Assembly (NCBI GenBank): GCA_951406725.2
Contig: OX597820.1
Span: 115,568,001 to 115,632,000, forward strand
Length of the DNA stretch: 64,000 nucleotides
Direction: 5' to 3'
From: Octopus vulgaris
Taxonomy: Eukaryota
Shown: positions 38,881 through 51,062 of the stretch, in pieces
Position numbering within the stretch: position 1 is the first letter of the stretch
Layout: every line of letters starts with the position of its first letter
Notes under the pieces: generated by a model
Told to the model about the DNA's origin: nothing
The model's input: only the letters and a program-made list of their open reading frames with translations
The model's database searches: none
Made by a program: the position numbers and the translations under genes

Positions 38881-39599
38881 TTACTTTATTTATACTTCAT
38901 TTTCTTTTTCTTTACTTCCTTCAAATTAATATTTATGGAAGGGCATCCAGCCGTAGAAACACTGCCAGATCAGACTGGGCCTGATGCAGCCTTCTGGCTT
39001 CACAGACCCCAGTTGAACCGTCCAACCCATGCTAGCATGGAAAGCGGACGCTAAATGATGATGATGATGATGTATCTCTTTTACTTGGTTCGCTCTGTCA
39101 GTGGCCATGCTGGAGCACCACCTTGAATTTTTAGTTGGATGGCTTGACCCCTGTACTTAATTTTTGTAAGCTAGGTATTTATTCTATTAATCTCTTTTAT
39201 TGAACTATTATTAAGTTATAGACATACACATTCCTGATGAGCTTCTTTCAGTTTCCATCTACCAAATCCATTCACAAGGCTTTGGTCAGCCTAGGGCTAC
39301 AGTAGAAGACACTTGCCCAAGATGCCATGTTATGGGACTGAACCTGGAACCATGTGGTTGGGAAGCAAGCTTCTTACCACACAGCCATGCCTGTTGTTTG
39401 TTTTTTATACCAGGTTTTAATAAAAACAATTTAACATTAAACTGAAGAATTACTCGACACTTTTTTGTGAAGTATTTATTATTCTTTTACAAGAAGACGA
39501 CTGACAGTGACTTTGAAGTCTTGGTCTGCTTGCTGCACACACACACACACACGGTGTGTGTGTGTGTGTGCTTATGCATAATTTGTAGCTATTTTATCA

Positions 39600-42320
39600 G
39601 TTTTATTAATATTATTAGATCTACATCCCTGTTGCCAGCTGAAATGTCTGATCATTTGTTTTTGTTTTTCAACCTCCTTCAATTTACTTCCTGTGATATT
39701 TCTGTACATCCACCTCCACAAAATTCCCTCTAACTGTTTACATCTGTGAAGTTGCCCATGTGTTCAGTAGCTGTTATCATTTACTTACACACTTTCTCTC
39801 TCCTTACCGAGAAGTGTGTGTCTGTGTCTGTGTGGTGTGTGTGTGTTTTGGCAACTACTTTCAGAATAGTTGCTTCAAGGGATCTATTACTTATAAGTTA
39901 CTAGTTGTACATATTAACTCTTAGTTAAATTGCTCTACACTGCCATTTTTAGCAGTTTGCTTGTTGTCTGCTCCATATACAAACCATGAAATACCTTCTG
40001 CAGCTTGTCTCAACTGTTATTTGATATTGTGAATTTTCCAAATGTATTTCTAACTTGATGTTTGTTCCAACATTTTGTTTTTGTGGAAATCAGTTTTACT
40101 AACTCTGGTAAGTCTTTATTATTATTGTTGTTGTTATCATTATTAATCCTACCTCCTTTAGATATTTTATTTAAACAGAATTAATTTATAAAACGTCTTC
40201 TTGCACTGGTATATATCATTTCTGTTCTGAGAAAACTTTGTCCTAAAGTATGAATTCAAAGTATTTGAGGTTTATATTATAAAATTTATCCTGCAGCTGC
40301 AAAGTACTCTTCCAACACTCTGTTATTTATTCTCTTTTTAATCTCTATTTTTTTTTTCTTAAGGTAATTTCTTTGACTAGTTTTAATTTGGAACCAGCTT
40401 CCATTAGTCTACATTTTGGTGGAGTTATATTTATTTATGATTCATTCTTAAAACAAATCCATCCTTCCAGTCTCTGTTCTCTTCTCACTCCAAACGGATG
40501 CATCTTTCGCTATCTTTCCTCATAATAATCAAGTTGAAATTGCTCACCTTTAAAGATTGTTCTTTTTTTCTTCTTCGTTTTCTGTCCTTACTTGGTGCAG
40601 GCGTGGCTGTGTGGTAAGATGCTTGCTTCCTAACCACATGGTTCTGGGTTCAGTTCTGCCCTGTGGCACCTTGGGCAAGTGTCTTCTACTATAGCCTGGG
40701 GCCAAGTAAAACCTTGTAAGTGGATAAGTACCAGGCTATAAAAGAAAAGGGAAGTACTGAGGCTGATCCATTCAACTAAAAATTCTTCATAGTTGTGCCC
40801 CAGCATGGCCACAGTCTAATGACTGAAATTAATAAATAATAAAAGATTACTTTTTAATTAGCTTCTTTATATTTCAAATATCTTACAACACAGTAAACTT
40901 AACTGTCTCCATTTAAAATAACATTGAAATGTTTTTGGACCACTTAAGGTCATTGTGTATTATCATCATCTGTCATTCCTTAATCGATTAAATCACCTAG
41001 GTAACAGGATTATTATTACTACTACTCCTACTACTACCACCACCAGCAGCAGCAGCAGTCATGGCTTTTGTACTTGTTGGGCTCAAAAGTTTTATCCTTT
41101 TGTAGTTGTGTATTTTAGCCTCTCTTACAATAAGTATTCTGTTTGACTATTGGTAGCACCACCACTGCTTTAATAGCTAAACTGTATTCATTTTCAAATG
41201 TACAACTTGTTTGATAATGGTTCTGTTGTTATCTTGCCCCTTTGTTACTAGACCCTATCCCCCAATGGCTCCCAATTGTGCCTGTTTCATGATCGAAACT
41301 CTTCAAGAACCAAAGTTTAAAGTTCACAGCTTTAGAATAAACTAAATGGATATTTAACTTTCTAAAGTCCAGGCTATATATTACATAACTTCATCATTCT
41401 TGCACATGGGTTGGTAAAAATAGTGGAACACAAGAATTGATATCTCTTATTTAATTTTGAGGCTTTTTGTTCTCCCTTTTTCTTTTCAAATTGATATAAG
41501 AATTTAGATATTGTAAAAGTTTTTTTTCTTCTTTTCTTCTAATTATTAATCAATGATCTTTTAACAATTTTCACATCTACTCATTGTTAATATATTCCAA
41601 CATCATCGTTTGAAATGATTTTTCTATTTTAATTAGGTTTTTAAGTAGGTTGTGGATTTGTAAATTTTTATAAATTTTTGTATATTTATCAATAAAGTTA
41701 TGTTCATGGTGCCTTTTGAAATCAAACCTGTTGGTGCCAAAATTGTCTTTCAACATTCTGGGATCAATAAATATAACTTCCAGAGTTTTTTTTCGTTTTT
41801 TAATTAACTGCCCCACCACCACATCTCTTCATGAAAAAGGGCATTGTGCCAATTTTAAAGATATTGTATCTTCTAGCATTATTTTTATTTTAGTAAGTCA
41901 ACAGCTCATTGTATTATGTATTTCCAAGACTTCTTTTATCAACTGTTCGTTTTTGAAATTAGTTTTATAGCATTCATAAGTGTTTAAATAATATCTGCCA
42001 AAAGCTACCAATGTTTATTATTTTTTCATTATATTCCTTAAGTTCCCAATACTATTTTGCTTTTTAATGTTTTTTTTTTTTTTTTGCTTTTTTTTTCACT
42101 ATTGTTAATGAGGCTTCTACACATAACACCTGACATTTAAATGCAATCAGTAACTATAGTAACTAACCATCATGAGTGCTGCTTTATGCATCAATCTTAC
42201 TGTTTAATAGTGAAGAATGTGATCCCAAAATAAAAGCATTGTATGATTTCTTTAAAGAGTGCCAAGTACTTCATTATCTTGCAACTGAAAGGTTTCCCGA
42301 CATACTTTTACTCGTTCTTA
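39600..42320 (-). pseudogene. Possible decayed JMY/WHAMM-like pseudogene, antisense within the RASSF intron region
   Basis: Collinear broken reading frames on the minus strand: RETFQLQDNEVLGTL (~42290), GQLIKKRKKTLEVIFIDP (~41800), KDRKRRRKKEQSLK..IIMRKDSERCIRLE*EENRDW (~40590-40460), WH2-like RNITGSKLKEVEK (~39690). Similarity judged from memory only. Confidence 0.3.
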
Positions 42321-42658
42321 TAAATTAATCTTTTTTTTTTATTCCATAGAAACTTAAATTCTAAACTACCTTTCAAAAATAATATAATTGTGTGATTATT
42401 TATTAACGAAGTATCTTGGTTCTATTTTCTCATTTGTTTCTTCTCATCAAATCTTTTGTTGGAAATCTTTTCAGAATATATTTTGATATATTTAGTGTAT
42501 TTGACACTCTTGAAATTATAATTCCATGAGAAAATTAATTAAAAATACAATATTCCCACTGCGTGGCATCTTAGGCAAGTGTTTTGTACTATAGCCTTGG
42601 GCCGACCAAAGCCTTGTGAGTGGATTTGGTAGACGGAAACTGAAAGAAGCCCGTCGTA

Positions 42659-42705
<47 letters not shown>

Positions 42706-43004
42706 TTCTGTGTTTGTCCCCCTAGCATTGCATGACAACCAATGCTGGTGTGTTTATGTCCCCGTTACCTAGCGGTTCGGCAAAAGAGACCGATAGAATA
42801 AGTACTGGGCTTACAAAAAAGAATAAGTCCTGGGGTCGAGTTGCTCGACTAAAGGCGGTGCTCCAGCGTGGCCGCAGTCAAATGACTGAAACAAATAAAA
42901 GAGTAAAGAGAGTATTCAAAATGTATTGTATTTTTTATGTATATTTATTCTTTCAAAGATAATCTTTACTTTTTATTTAAATGCTTTCCAAAACACATTC
43001 CATT

Positions 43005-43233
43005 TTAAAGGCTCTGAAGAAGTTATAAGCTGATACACTAGCACTCAGCTTTGGGGGTACAGCTTCAAAAACAACTGTAAACTTTTGAAGTTGTTTACAT
43101 AATTCTTGTTCTTCATCTTAAAGGCTCTGAGGAAGCTATAAGATGATGTACAGGCACTCAGCTTTGAGTGCACTACTTCTTATAGCAAAAACAACTGTAA
43201 GCTTTTCAAGTTATTTACATAATTCTTGTTCTC
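43005..43233 (+). repeat. Two ~113-nt tandem units, each with a degenerate hammerhead-like fold
   Basis: aaaggct-CTGAAGA (43014) and aaaggct-CTGAGGA (43127); unit 2 has stem gctataaga/tcttatagc then aaaaa-caactg-TA-agctttt. Confidence 0.6.
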
Positions 43234-43946
43234 TTGTCATTCAATTAATTCATAGAATGCTCTATACTTGTCAAACACTTCATTTTGAAAAATATGTATA
43301 TAGCTGCTATTTCTTGCAAGTCAAGTCACCACATATCAGATTATTTTAGGCTGGCTTATCTTAGACAGGTCACCTTCATTATAGCTCACATAACCTTCTC
43401 TCTCCTGCACTTCGATGGCTTTCTTTAAGCTAATTATCTAACTTACATTTGTTAGAGATAAATGGCTCAGGCCACTAGGGATGGAATACAGTGGAAAGTA
43501 AGAAAAAAAAGGAAAACAAAGATAATTATAAGTATTCTTGATATATGCAAAAATATTTGTAGAATATTCTTGATTAGGAGCAGACATGGCTATGTGGTTA
43601 AGAAGCTATGATTACAACTGTTTGGTTTGGGATTCAGTCCCACTATGTGACCCCTTGGACAGGTGTCACCTACTATAGCCCCAGGACTACCAATGCCTTG
43701 TGAGTGAATTTGGTAGATAGAAACTGTGTGGAGGCTCATTCTGTGTGTCCCATTACCGTTCAGCAACCATTGTTTATGTCCCTGTAACTTAGAAGTTCAG
43801 CAAAAGTGACTGATAGAATAAACAACAGACTTAAAATGTAAGTACTAAGGTCAATTTGCTTGAGGTGGTGCCCCAGCATGGCCTTCGTCTAGTGAGTAAA
43901 GCAAGGGCTAAACATTCTAACCTTAACTCTTTTGTGTTATTTTCAG

Positions 43947-43999
43947 GCATAGCACATCTAGAACTAGATGTTCAATGTGTCCTCCCATAACAATGAGAG
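43947..43999 (+). CDS. Candidate alternative exon giving a different RASSF N-terminus (MFNVSSHNNE-R)
   Basis: Acceptor ctcttttgtgttattttcag, donor gag|gtatgt. ATG at 43968 is preceded by in-frame stops; the exon ends in phase 2, compatible with exon 55418. Confidence 0.4.
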
Positions 44000-45199
44000 G
44001 TATGTGTCATTTTAGGGAGAGTTAGCTGCTATTTCTATGAGATTGAGTGATCTTATAAAGCAGTCGTGGGCTACTTGTGTTTTGCAGGACTTTCTGAATG
44101 GCACATCAAATGGATAATCACCCTATTTTTAACCCCACCACCTCTTTAGTAGTGCAGCCTGCCTATTGATGAAGCATATTTCATGGGGTCCACATCTTGT
44201 AAAAGGCTGTCCAATGCCTGATATAGAAACTCCCATGTGAGGGTGTGTGGGTGGTGGGGTATGTAGACCTGTGTATTCTTCCCTTGTGATATTTCTAATT
44301 TCAAAAATTCTAAAATTACTAATCTCTGGAGATTCCAATTCCTATGCAACAGGTGTTCACCAATATTATAAGTAGCTTGGGGGGTTGGGGGAGTAAAAAA
44401 TACTTTTTTTTATTATTTTTGCATTATTGTTGTTGTTGTTTCTTGCCCCACTAAGACAAACAGTTTGTTGCTTGTGTGATGGCAAAAAGTTCATCTGATT
44501 AGACTAAACTGAATGGAACTTTGATGTGAATTCTTCATATGGAAATAGGTCCTTCACTTGTTTCTGGCTGTGGCTATGCTTGGACACTATCTTGAAGGGT
44601 TTAGTTAAACAAACTGATCTCCATGCTTTGTTTATTTTCAATGACTGGTACTTAATTTGTCTCTTTTGCTGAACTGCTAAATTATGGGGACATAAATAAA
44701 CCACTGGTTGTCAGGCAGTGTTGGTGAATAAACATACCCCATATATGTCACATGTCAAGCACATTCTATCAGTGTGTGTGTGTAAGAAAGATTGATTTAA
44801 TAGTTTCTGTCCATTAAATTCATTCACAGGGCAAAATTTTTTTTCTCAAGCTTCAAATGTAGGTGTGTTACTTTGAAAAGAAAAACAGTATTTATTGATA
44901 ACTTTGCTAAACAAAATCACATTTTTCTGTTTTAAGACCTTACAAGCATTGCAACTTCACATTCCCAGAATCACACATAGAAAAAAGAGAAACTTGTCTT
45001 GTAGACAAAATCACGTGGACAGAAATCCCATTTTTACTTGTAAATTCATCTCCCACCATAACACACACAAATAGTATCTGCCAAAATCACCACAAAAAAT
45101 TATTTTTCTTTTGTTTCTTGTGTCCACAACTGGAAAATTTTGAATATGGTCTGATTTCAATCTGCAAAGGAGTTGTTACTAAATTGTGTCACCATAGAT

Positions 45200-46695
45200 T
45201 TCTTGTCTGAAGTTGTTCAACAGTAGGCTAGGAAAAAAGCTAATATTACCTTGCTTCACAAAGAGAAAAGGTGACTTTAAGGAAGCACTTGCCAATGTGT
45301 GGACCATCATTTTATCCCTCAACCAAGGTAAAATATACAGTACTGTCTGCCTGGCTTTCGTGACAGAGAATGAAACCCAACATCAAGTGGAAAAAGCCTG
45401 AAACCTTTATCTATTGGCTTGGGCCTGTTTCTGAGCAAGAGGCCAACATAAGGGTCAGGACTATTGGCAGTGGCATTGACCCTGATTTGTTATCTTTGTA
45501 ATGGAATATGGTTGGGTTAACAGAGAAGGGATGAAGAATGGTATGGTCTTGCAAGTCCTCTGATTCTCCAAGATCTCTGGAGATCTGTGTGCTAATATGG
45601 CTGCTGAGATAAAAATGAAGCCAATTGTGCAGGTTTTATACTTGTTGCAGCAAAAGCCACTTAAGAGATTTTTGCTCTGGAAACACCGGAAAAAGAGCCA
45701 CAATAGGTTCCATGACAATTTGCTTGAGGTGCTGGGGCACCACCTCAAGCAAATTGTACCTCTGAAAATAACAAAAGATTGTTCCTTCCTTAGTCTCAAG
45801 TGGACAATACCAAGCCTTGCCAGACCTTGGCAGTACCACTTCATCCATGTGCTAGGAAGAGGATCAAATGGAGGTTGAGATGAAACTGGCAAATTGTTAG
45901 AGAAGAAACAAGAGAAAAACAAAACTATTCCCTCCTTATGAGAAATCTTTTAAGAGATCGGAGCCAATGTCTAATCTCAGGAACTTGTTCTTATTTGTTA
46001 GAAGCGAAAATAATGGGAAACTTATTACTGAGCTCAAAGACAATCAGCCAGTGGAATGACAAGTGGATGGGTTCACTGATCAGGAGTATCTAGAAGATGG
46101 AACTTGTGTACAGATCATACAATTACTCTATGAATGTGCAAAATGTTTTTGACCAGAATATATGGTGGGACCCTTCTAGATCGAAATCAATGAAGAAATA
46201 CTGGGTACATTTTGAAGGTACTGGCATTCATAATGAATGCCAAGTGGTCAGTCATGGGACATGATGGCACTATCTAATTAGTGGGTTCTCATTTTGTATG
46301 TGGATGAGGTACCTTAAATGTTTTTCATGCTTTGTGTTTTATATACCATATTTGATGATATACAAGACACACCTTTCCCCCAAAAAATATTTGTTTCAAA
46401 AATCACCTTTGGTCCCATATGCAAAATTAGGCCTATTTTACATGCTTCAAAACTTCTTTTGCTGGAATTGTGGTGCACTTGATCTGCCTCGGCTTCTTTT
46501 GTGCTAGAAAATACTGTAATTTCATGTTCTCTATTTTTACCATTTTTAATATATTTGTTATATAAATATCTTGACTTCACCCTTCAGTTTTATATAACTT
46601 TGTCTTGTCTGTCTCCACATGTTTTTTATAAGCCACCCCACCCCATACTGTAACATCATGTTATATGTATGAGCCCTTGTGGCTAATAAAAAAAA
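45200..46695 (+). mobile_element. Old degraded LINE-like region ending in the Tx1-type tail
   Basis: Coding-like composition with many stops, possible frameshifted CxxC..H....C knuckle near 45720-45757, tail shared with 63608-63635. Confidence 0.35.
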
Positions 46696-48698
46696 TATTA
46701 CTATTTTTATTCATCTCTTGCTGTAAACATAGATTCTGCAATTTGTCATGCTAAGATCTCTCTCTCTTCCTCCTCCTTTCTTCCTCTCTCTCTCTTCTGA
46801 AGTTCTGCTGCTTCTTTGATTCTTATCAGAACTGCTTTGTGTTATAAAGGCTATTCTTAGCCTGCCTCTGTCTTTGCTACACTGTTTCTATCTTTACCCA
46901 CTTAGAGATATATCATCCAGCTCTCTTTCAAACAGATCATATTGCTCCTTTTTTTCTCTTTTACTTTAGCTGACAAACAATTGATACTTCAGTGATGTTT
47001 TATTAGCTCTCATTATTTCTCTAATTGAACACATTCAGTTTGTTCACTACTTGTCTTATAGATCATGTATACATATCCATAAACCTCTTCTGACTCAGAC
47101 AACAAGCTCAAAATGCAATGTTTTTCCAACTATTACAGAAAGCATCTCTTTTTAGATTATGGCATTTTGTCTTTAATTGTTTACTGGAAGAAGCACAGTA
47201 TTCATATGTAATATAAGCACAACGCCTGGATCGGGAGGTGAGGGACAATTAATTCGATGGACCTTACTCCTTGGTTGATACTTAATTTTATATGACACCA
47301 TAAAGGGAAAGTCAAAATGGATCCTCGGTGGATTCAAACTCATTGTTTTAACATTCACTTTTCCTTGCTGGTATGGGTCGGACAGAATTTGTTGAGGTAG
47401 ATTTTCCACAGCTGGATGCCTTTCCTGTCACCAACTCACACCTGTTTCCAAGCAAGTCAGTATTGCCCCATAACCAGACATGTTTTTCATATTAGATCGG
47501 AACAAACAACATCATTTGTATGACAGCAATGTTCATTTGCAGCCATCAAACAACAAGATAAGAGTACACACCATGTGATGGGCTTCGTTCAGTTTCTGTC
47601 TACCAAAGGCGGTGAGCTGGCAGAAACCAGGTGAAATGCTTAGCGGTATTTCATGTCTTTACATTCTGAGTTCAAATTCCGCCGAGGTTGACTTTGTCTT
47701 TCATCCTTTCGGGGTCGATAAATTAACTACCAGTTGCGTACTGGGGTCGGGCTAATCGACTGCCCCCCCCTCTCCAAAAATTTCAGGCCTTGTGCGTAAA
47801 GTAGAAAAGTTTCTGTCTACCAAATTCACTCACAAAGTTTTGGTTGACCTAGAGCCTCTAGTTTAAGACATTTGCTCACAGTGCCACTCATTGGGACTGA
47901 ACCCAAGATCACATGGTTGGGAAGCAAGGTTTTTAACCACACAGCCATGCCCTTACAATTTTGCTGTACAATAATAATGTTCTACATGTGTGTTTGCACA
48001 CATGTATTTGCATGTTTGCACGTGTATATATGTACATGTATGCATGCATGTACATGTTTGTGTGTAGTCTGATATAAGGTCTGGAACGACCAAAGTGTCA
48101 CTGCCATTCCTCCTCAGACAAATTAAAATATCTAGGAATGTTTTCATTAGCCTATCGCTTGATAATTAGGTCTGCTTATATAGCAATACTGATTCTTTAA
48201 TTACTTACTTGGTTGTTGAGCTTAAACCCTACCTTTTTCTCTTAACACTGGCCAAACTATCTCTTGTCACATATTGTTTATAGCCTGTAGGAGAGAGAGA
48301 GAGATTATGTATGACAATTAATTGCTGGAGAAGGGATTTAATTAAAACTCTTGTCGTCATTGCCCACTGACCACAACAAAACAAATTATATCCTGTTTTC
48401 TATTTCAAACCTTTCACTGTAATTAATTTGCTAATTACTTGTGTTCTTTTCAAAGTTGTCCTTCGTGTTTTTATGTGTATATGACAGCTGTTCGTTTACT
48501 TTAGTTAACATTCCAAAATAGTATTTATCCCGCCTTCAATTGAGGTCAATTCGTCGTTTATTACCAGAACATAAGGCATAAAAGCAACACTGCTTGATAG
48601 TTTTTCTTTCTTTTCTGATACAACTTACTGTTATATAACTGGAAGCGAAAACATTTCACACGTGGAAACAAAATCGTTCATATCAAATAATTTTATAG

Positions 48699-48896
48699 AA
48701 GTATTGTTTTTCCACTTCATCCCATTGTACTTTTCAAGAGTTGTTGTATCCAATATAATAACCTAGCTTGCCCGGGACAGATTGTGGGCACTCCTCCTTT
48801 CGGAAACATAACATCCTTATCAATTGAAATAGGTCAGTTTACATGCAGTCATACTGAAACATGCAGTTGTGTCTTTAAATGTGATTTCTGGGTCCC
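48699..48896 (+). other. Candidate exon (198-nt frame-preserving cassette, or alternative first exon) in a repeat-free CpG-richer block
   Basis: Consensus donor ccc|gtaagt at 48897; weak acceptor ttttatag at 48698; open phase 2/2 frame without ATG (SIVFPLHPIVLFKSCCIQYNNLACPGQ...TCSCVFKCDFWVP). Confidence 0.35.
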
Positions 48897-50031
48897 GTAA
48901 GTAAAAACAAAAAACGATTTTTTTTTTTTTAAACTTCGTTTTTAATGTTTTAATTGTGTGTATATTATAATCAATGTTCAGTTTAATGTCAAAGCTTCCT
49001 TCAAGTAATCATATATATTTTCAGTGTTGATCTTTCAATTTTATTTATCTTAAAACTATTTCGGGTTGGGTGAGAAAATAAGTTACATATTCTTTTCTCA
49101 TGCGCCATGCATAGGTTATATATATATATATATATATAGTAATGTTTAAAATTGTTTGACATTTCTTCAGTTTAGAAATGATCAATACTGTTGAATACAT
49201 ATTAAACGTTTACAAAATCAGCAGGCGGAAACTTCGGAGTCACTGTCACCTCTCTTATAAAATTACATTTCTCCCTTTTTAGAGTTTTATATAAATTGGA
49301 GAAAAAAAAAAGTATTCTTTTAACAGAAAAATTGTAGAATAATTATAGAGTCCCTCTATTAACCTCAGATCATTTTAATTGGGAAAATTGTTGATATTGA
49401 AAAACTTTTTTTACATCCTTTTACTGTTATTTTAAAACCCTGTTGGGGTCAATTTCAGATCTTTTAAAAAATTTCCCAATCACTTGCATTAAATCAATTT
49501 TTCACCGACTTTTTTTTTTTTTTAATTTCAACACGGATGTAGTTTTGCATTTTATTGATAAAAATCACATTCATTATTACAGTAAAACATTATTATTAAT
49601 AATAATGATAATAAAAAGATAGAAAAAAAATCATTTTCGTCGTTAGCATAGTAGAATGGTGGGAGTGGAGAACCTGAAAATTTGAAATCCTTCAAGTGGT
49701 TAGATGGGTTTTAAAAAGATCCTCGATTTCGTCTTTCGACACTTTCAGATCGATAAATTAAATATTATAGTGGAGAAGAGGACGTTGACGATTCTGCTGA
49801 CTGATTGATCTTTCGTCTGAGAGAGAATACGTTTTTTTAAGAATTTCCCAAACTCACGAACAAACATTACCACCAGTTTCTTCAGACACTTTATTAATAT
49901 TATTAATTTAACTATCTATACGAGTTAATGTACTTGGGCTGTATTTAACCGCTCCTATCTCTTCGTTGAGAAGTTTTGACCCTAAACTAATGCAAAAGTC
50001 CATATATAACAGTGAATGTCATCACGGCTAT

Positions 50032-50071
<40 letters not shown>

Positions 50072-50264
50072 TTTACAATTCTCGAGAATGACAAAGTTTA
50101 TAGGAATATTCTACTCTGGGCACAAGGCCCTAAATTTTGGGGGCAGGGGCCAGTCGATCAGATCGACCCCAGTTGCAACTGGTACTTAAACCTTGAAGTG
50201 TTTAGTCGAACAAATCGTTCCCAGTACTCTTTGTTGAAAGTCTATATTACTATTCTATCGGGGA

Positions 50265-50354
50265 TGAAGGTAAAGAATACGCACACCACCCGCTTTCGAC
50301 GTTTAGGTTCAGGGTTACGCCAAAAACGGGTGGTGTGCGTATTCTTTACCTTCA
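50265..50354. mobile_element. Small hairpin element with perfect 28-bp inverted arms, inserted in a SINE
   Basis: tgaaggtaaagaatacgcacaccacccg (50265-50292) / cgggtggtgtgcgtattctttaccttca (50327-50354). Confidence 0.8.
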
Positions 50355-50889
50355 CCTTTATCGGGTACTTCTGCAGAACCGCTAAGCTACGGGGACATTA
50401 AAAGAAACCCCAAAAAACTGCACTGGTTATCAAGCGGTAGTGGAGAGCAAATACACACATACCACGGGATTCTAGTTTCCTTTTACTAAATTCTCTCATA
50501 AGGCCTGCTGTATAGTAGACGCTTGTGCAGGGAAGGTACTGCGCAGTGGGACTGAACCCGAAACCACATGGTTGTAAAGTGAGCTTCTTAACCACATAGC
50601 TATGCCCAAAAGTTTACTAAATGGAGTAAATTAAGAAAACAGTCGCATCCAAGGAAATCGGGTGTTTTACATTAGTAAAAAAAAAAAGCTTACAAATCGT
50701 CCAAACATTGGAATAAATGTCTTTTGGCAGAACCTTTTTTTGCTGTGAAGAAGAAAAGTGTAACCTTTTTTTTGCAGAAGCCATCACGGCGATGTCCCAC
50801 CGTGTCCTGCCTGAAACATTAGCCCCTCCCTGCTCCCTCCCCCCTGCTTCGCCTCCTCCTCACATCAAACACTATTTGCCACTACTGGC

Positions 50890-51062
50890 AGTAACATAAC
50901 TAATTTGCGCCGCTCAAGGCAGTCTTTATGTCTTCCATCCCCACCTCTTATACATGCATATACAGCAGACCCCAAAAGTGCCGCCTGAAGGCGGATTGCA
51001 CTTATTAACCAGACCTTATTCCTCCACTCCCTGCCTATGCGACCGGCCATCCATCACTAGTT
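50890..51062. mobile_element. Diverged copy of hAT-type MITE family 1
   Basis: Shared core tacagcagaccccaaaagtgccgcc and terminal cactagt. Confidence 0.55.

Noticed and set aside
39230-39260. CTGATGAG motif
   Set aside because: Part of the SINE A central region; no GAAA or stems follow.
40094-40107. 14-nt microexon before GTAAGT
   Set aside because: Not frame-preserving; the purine-interrupted acceptor could be chance.
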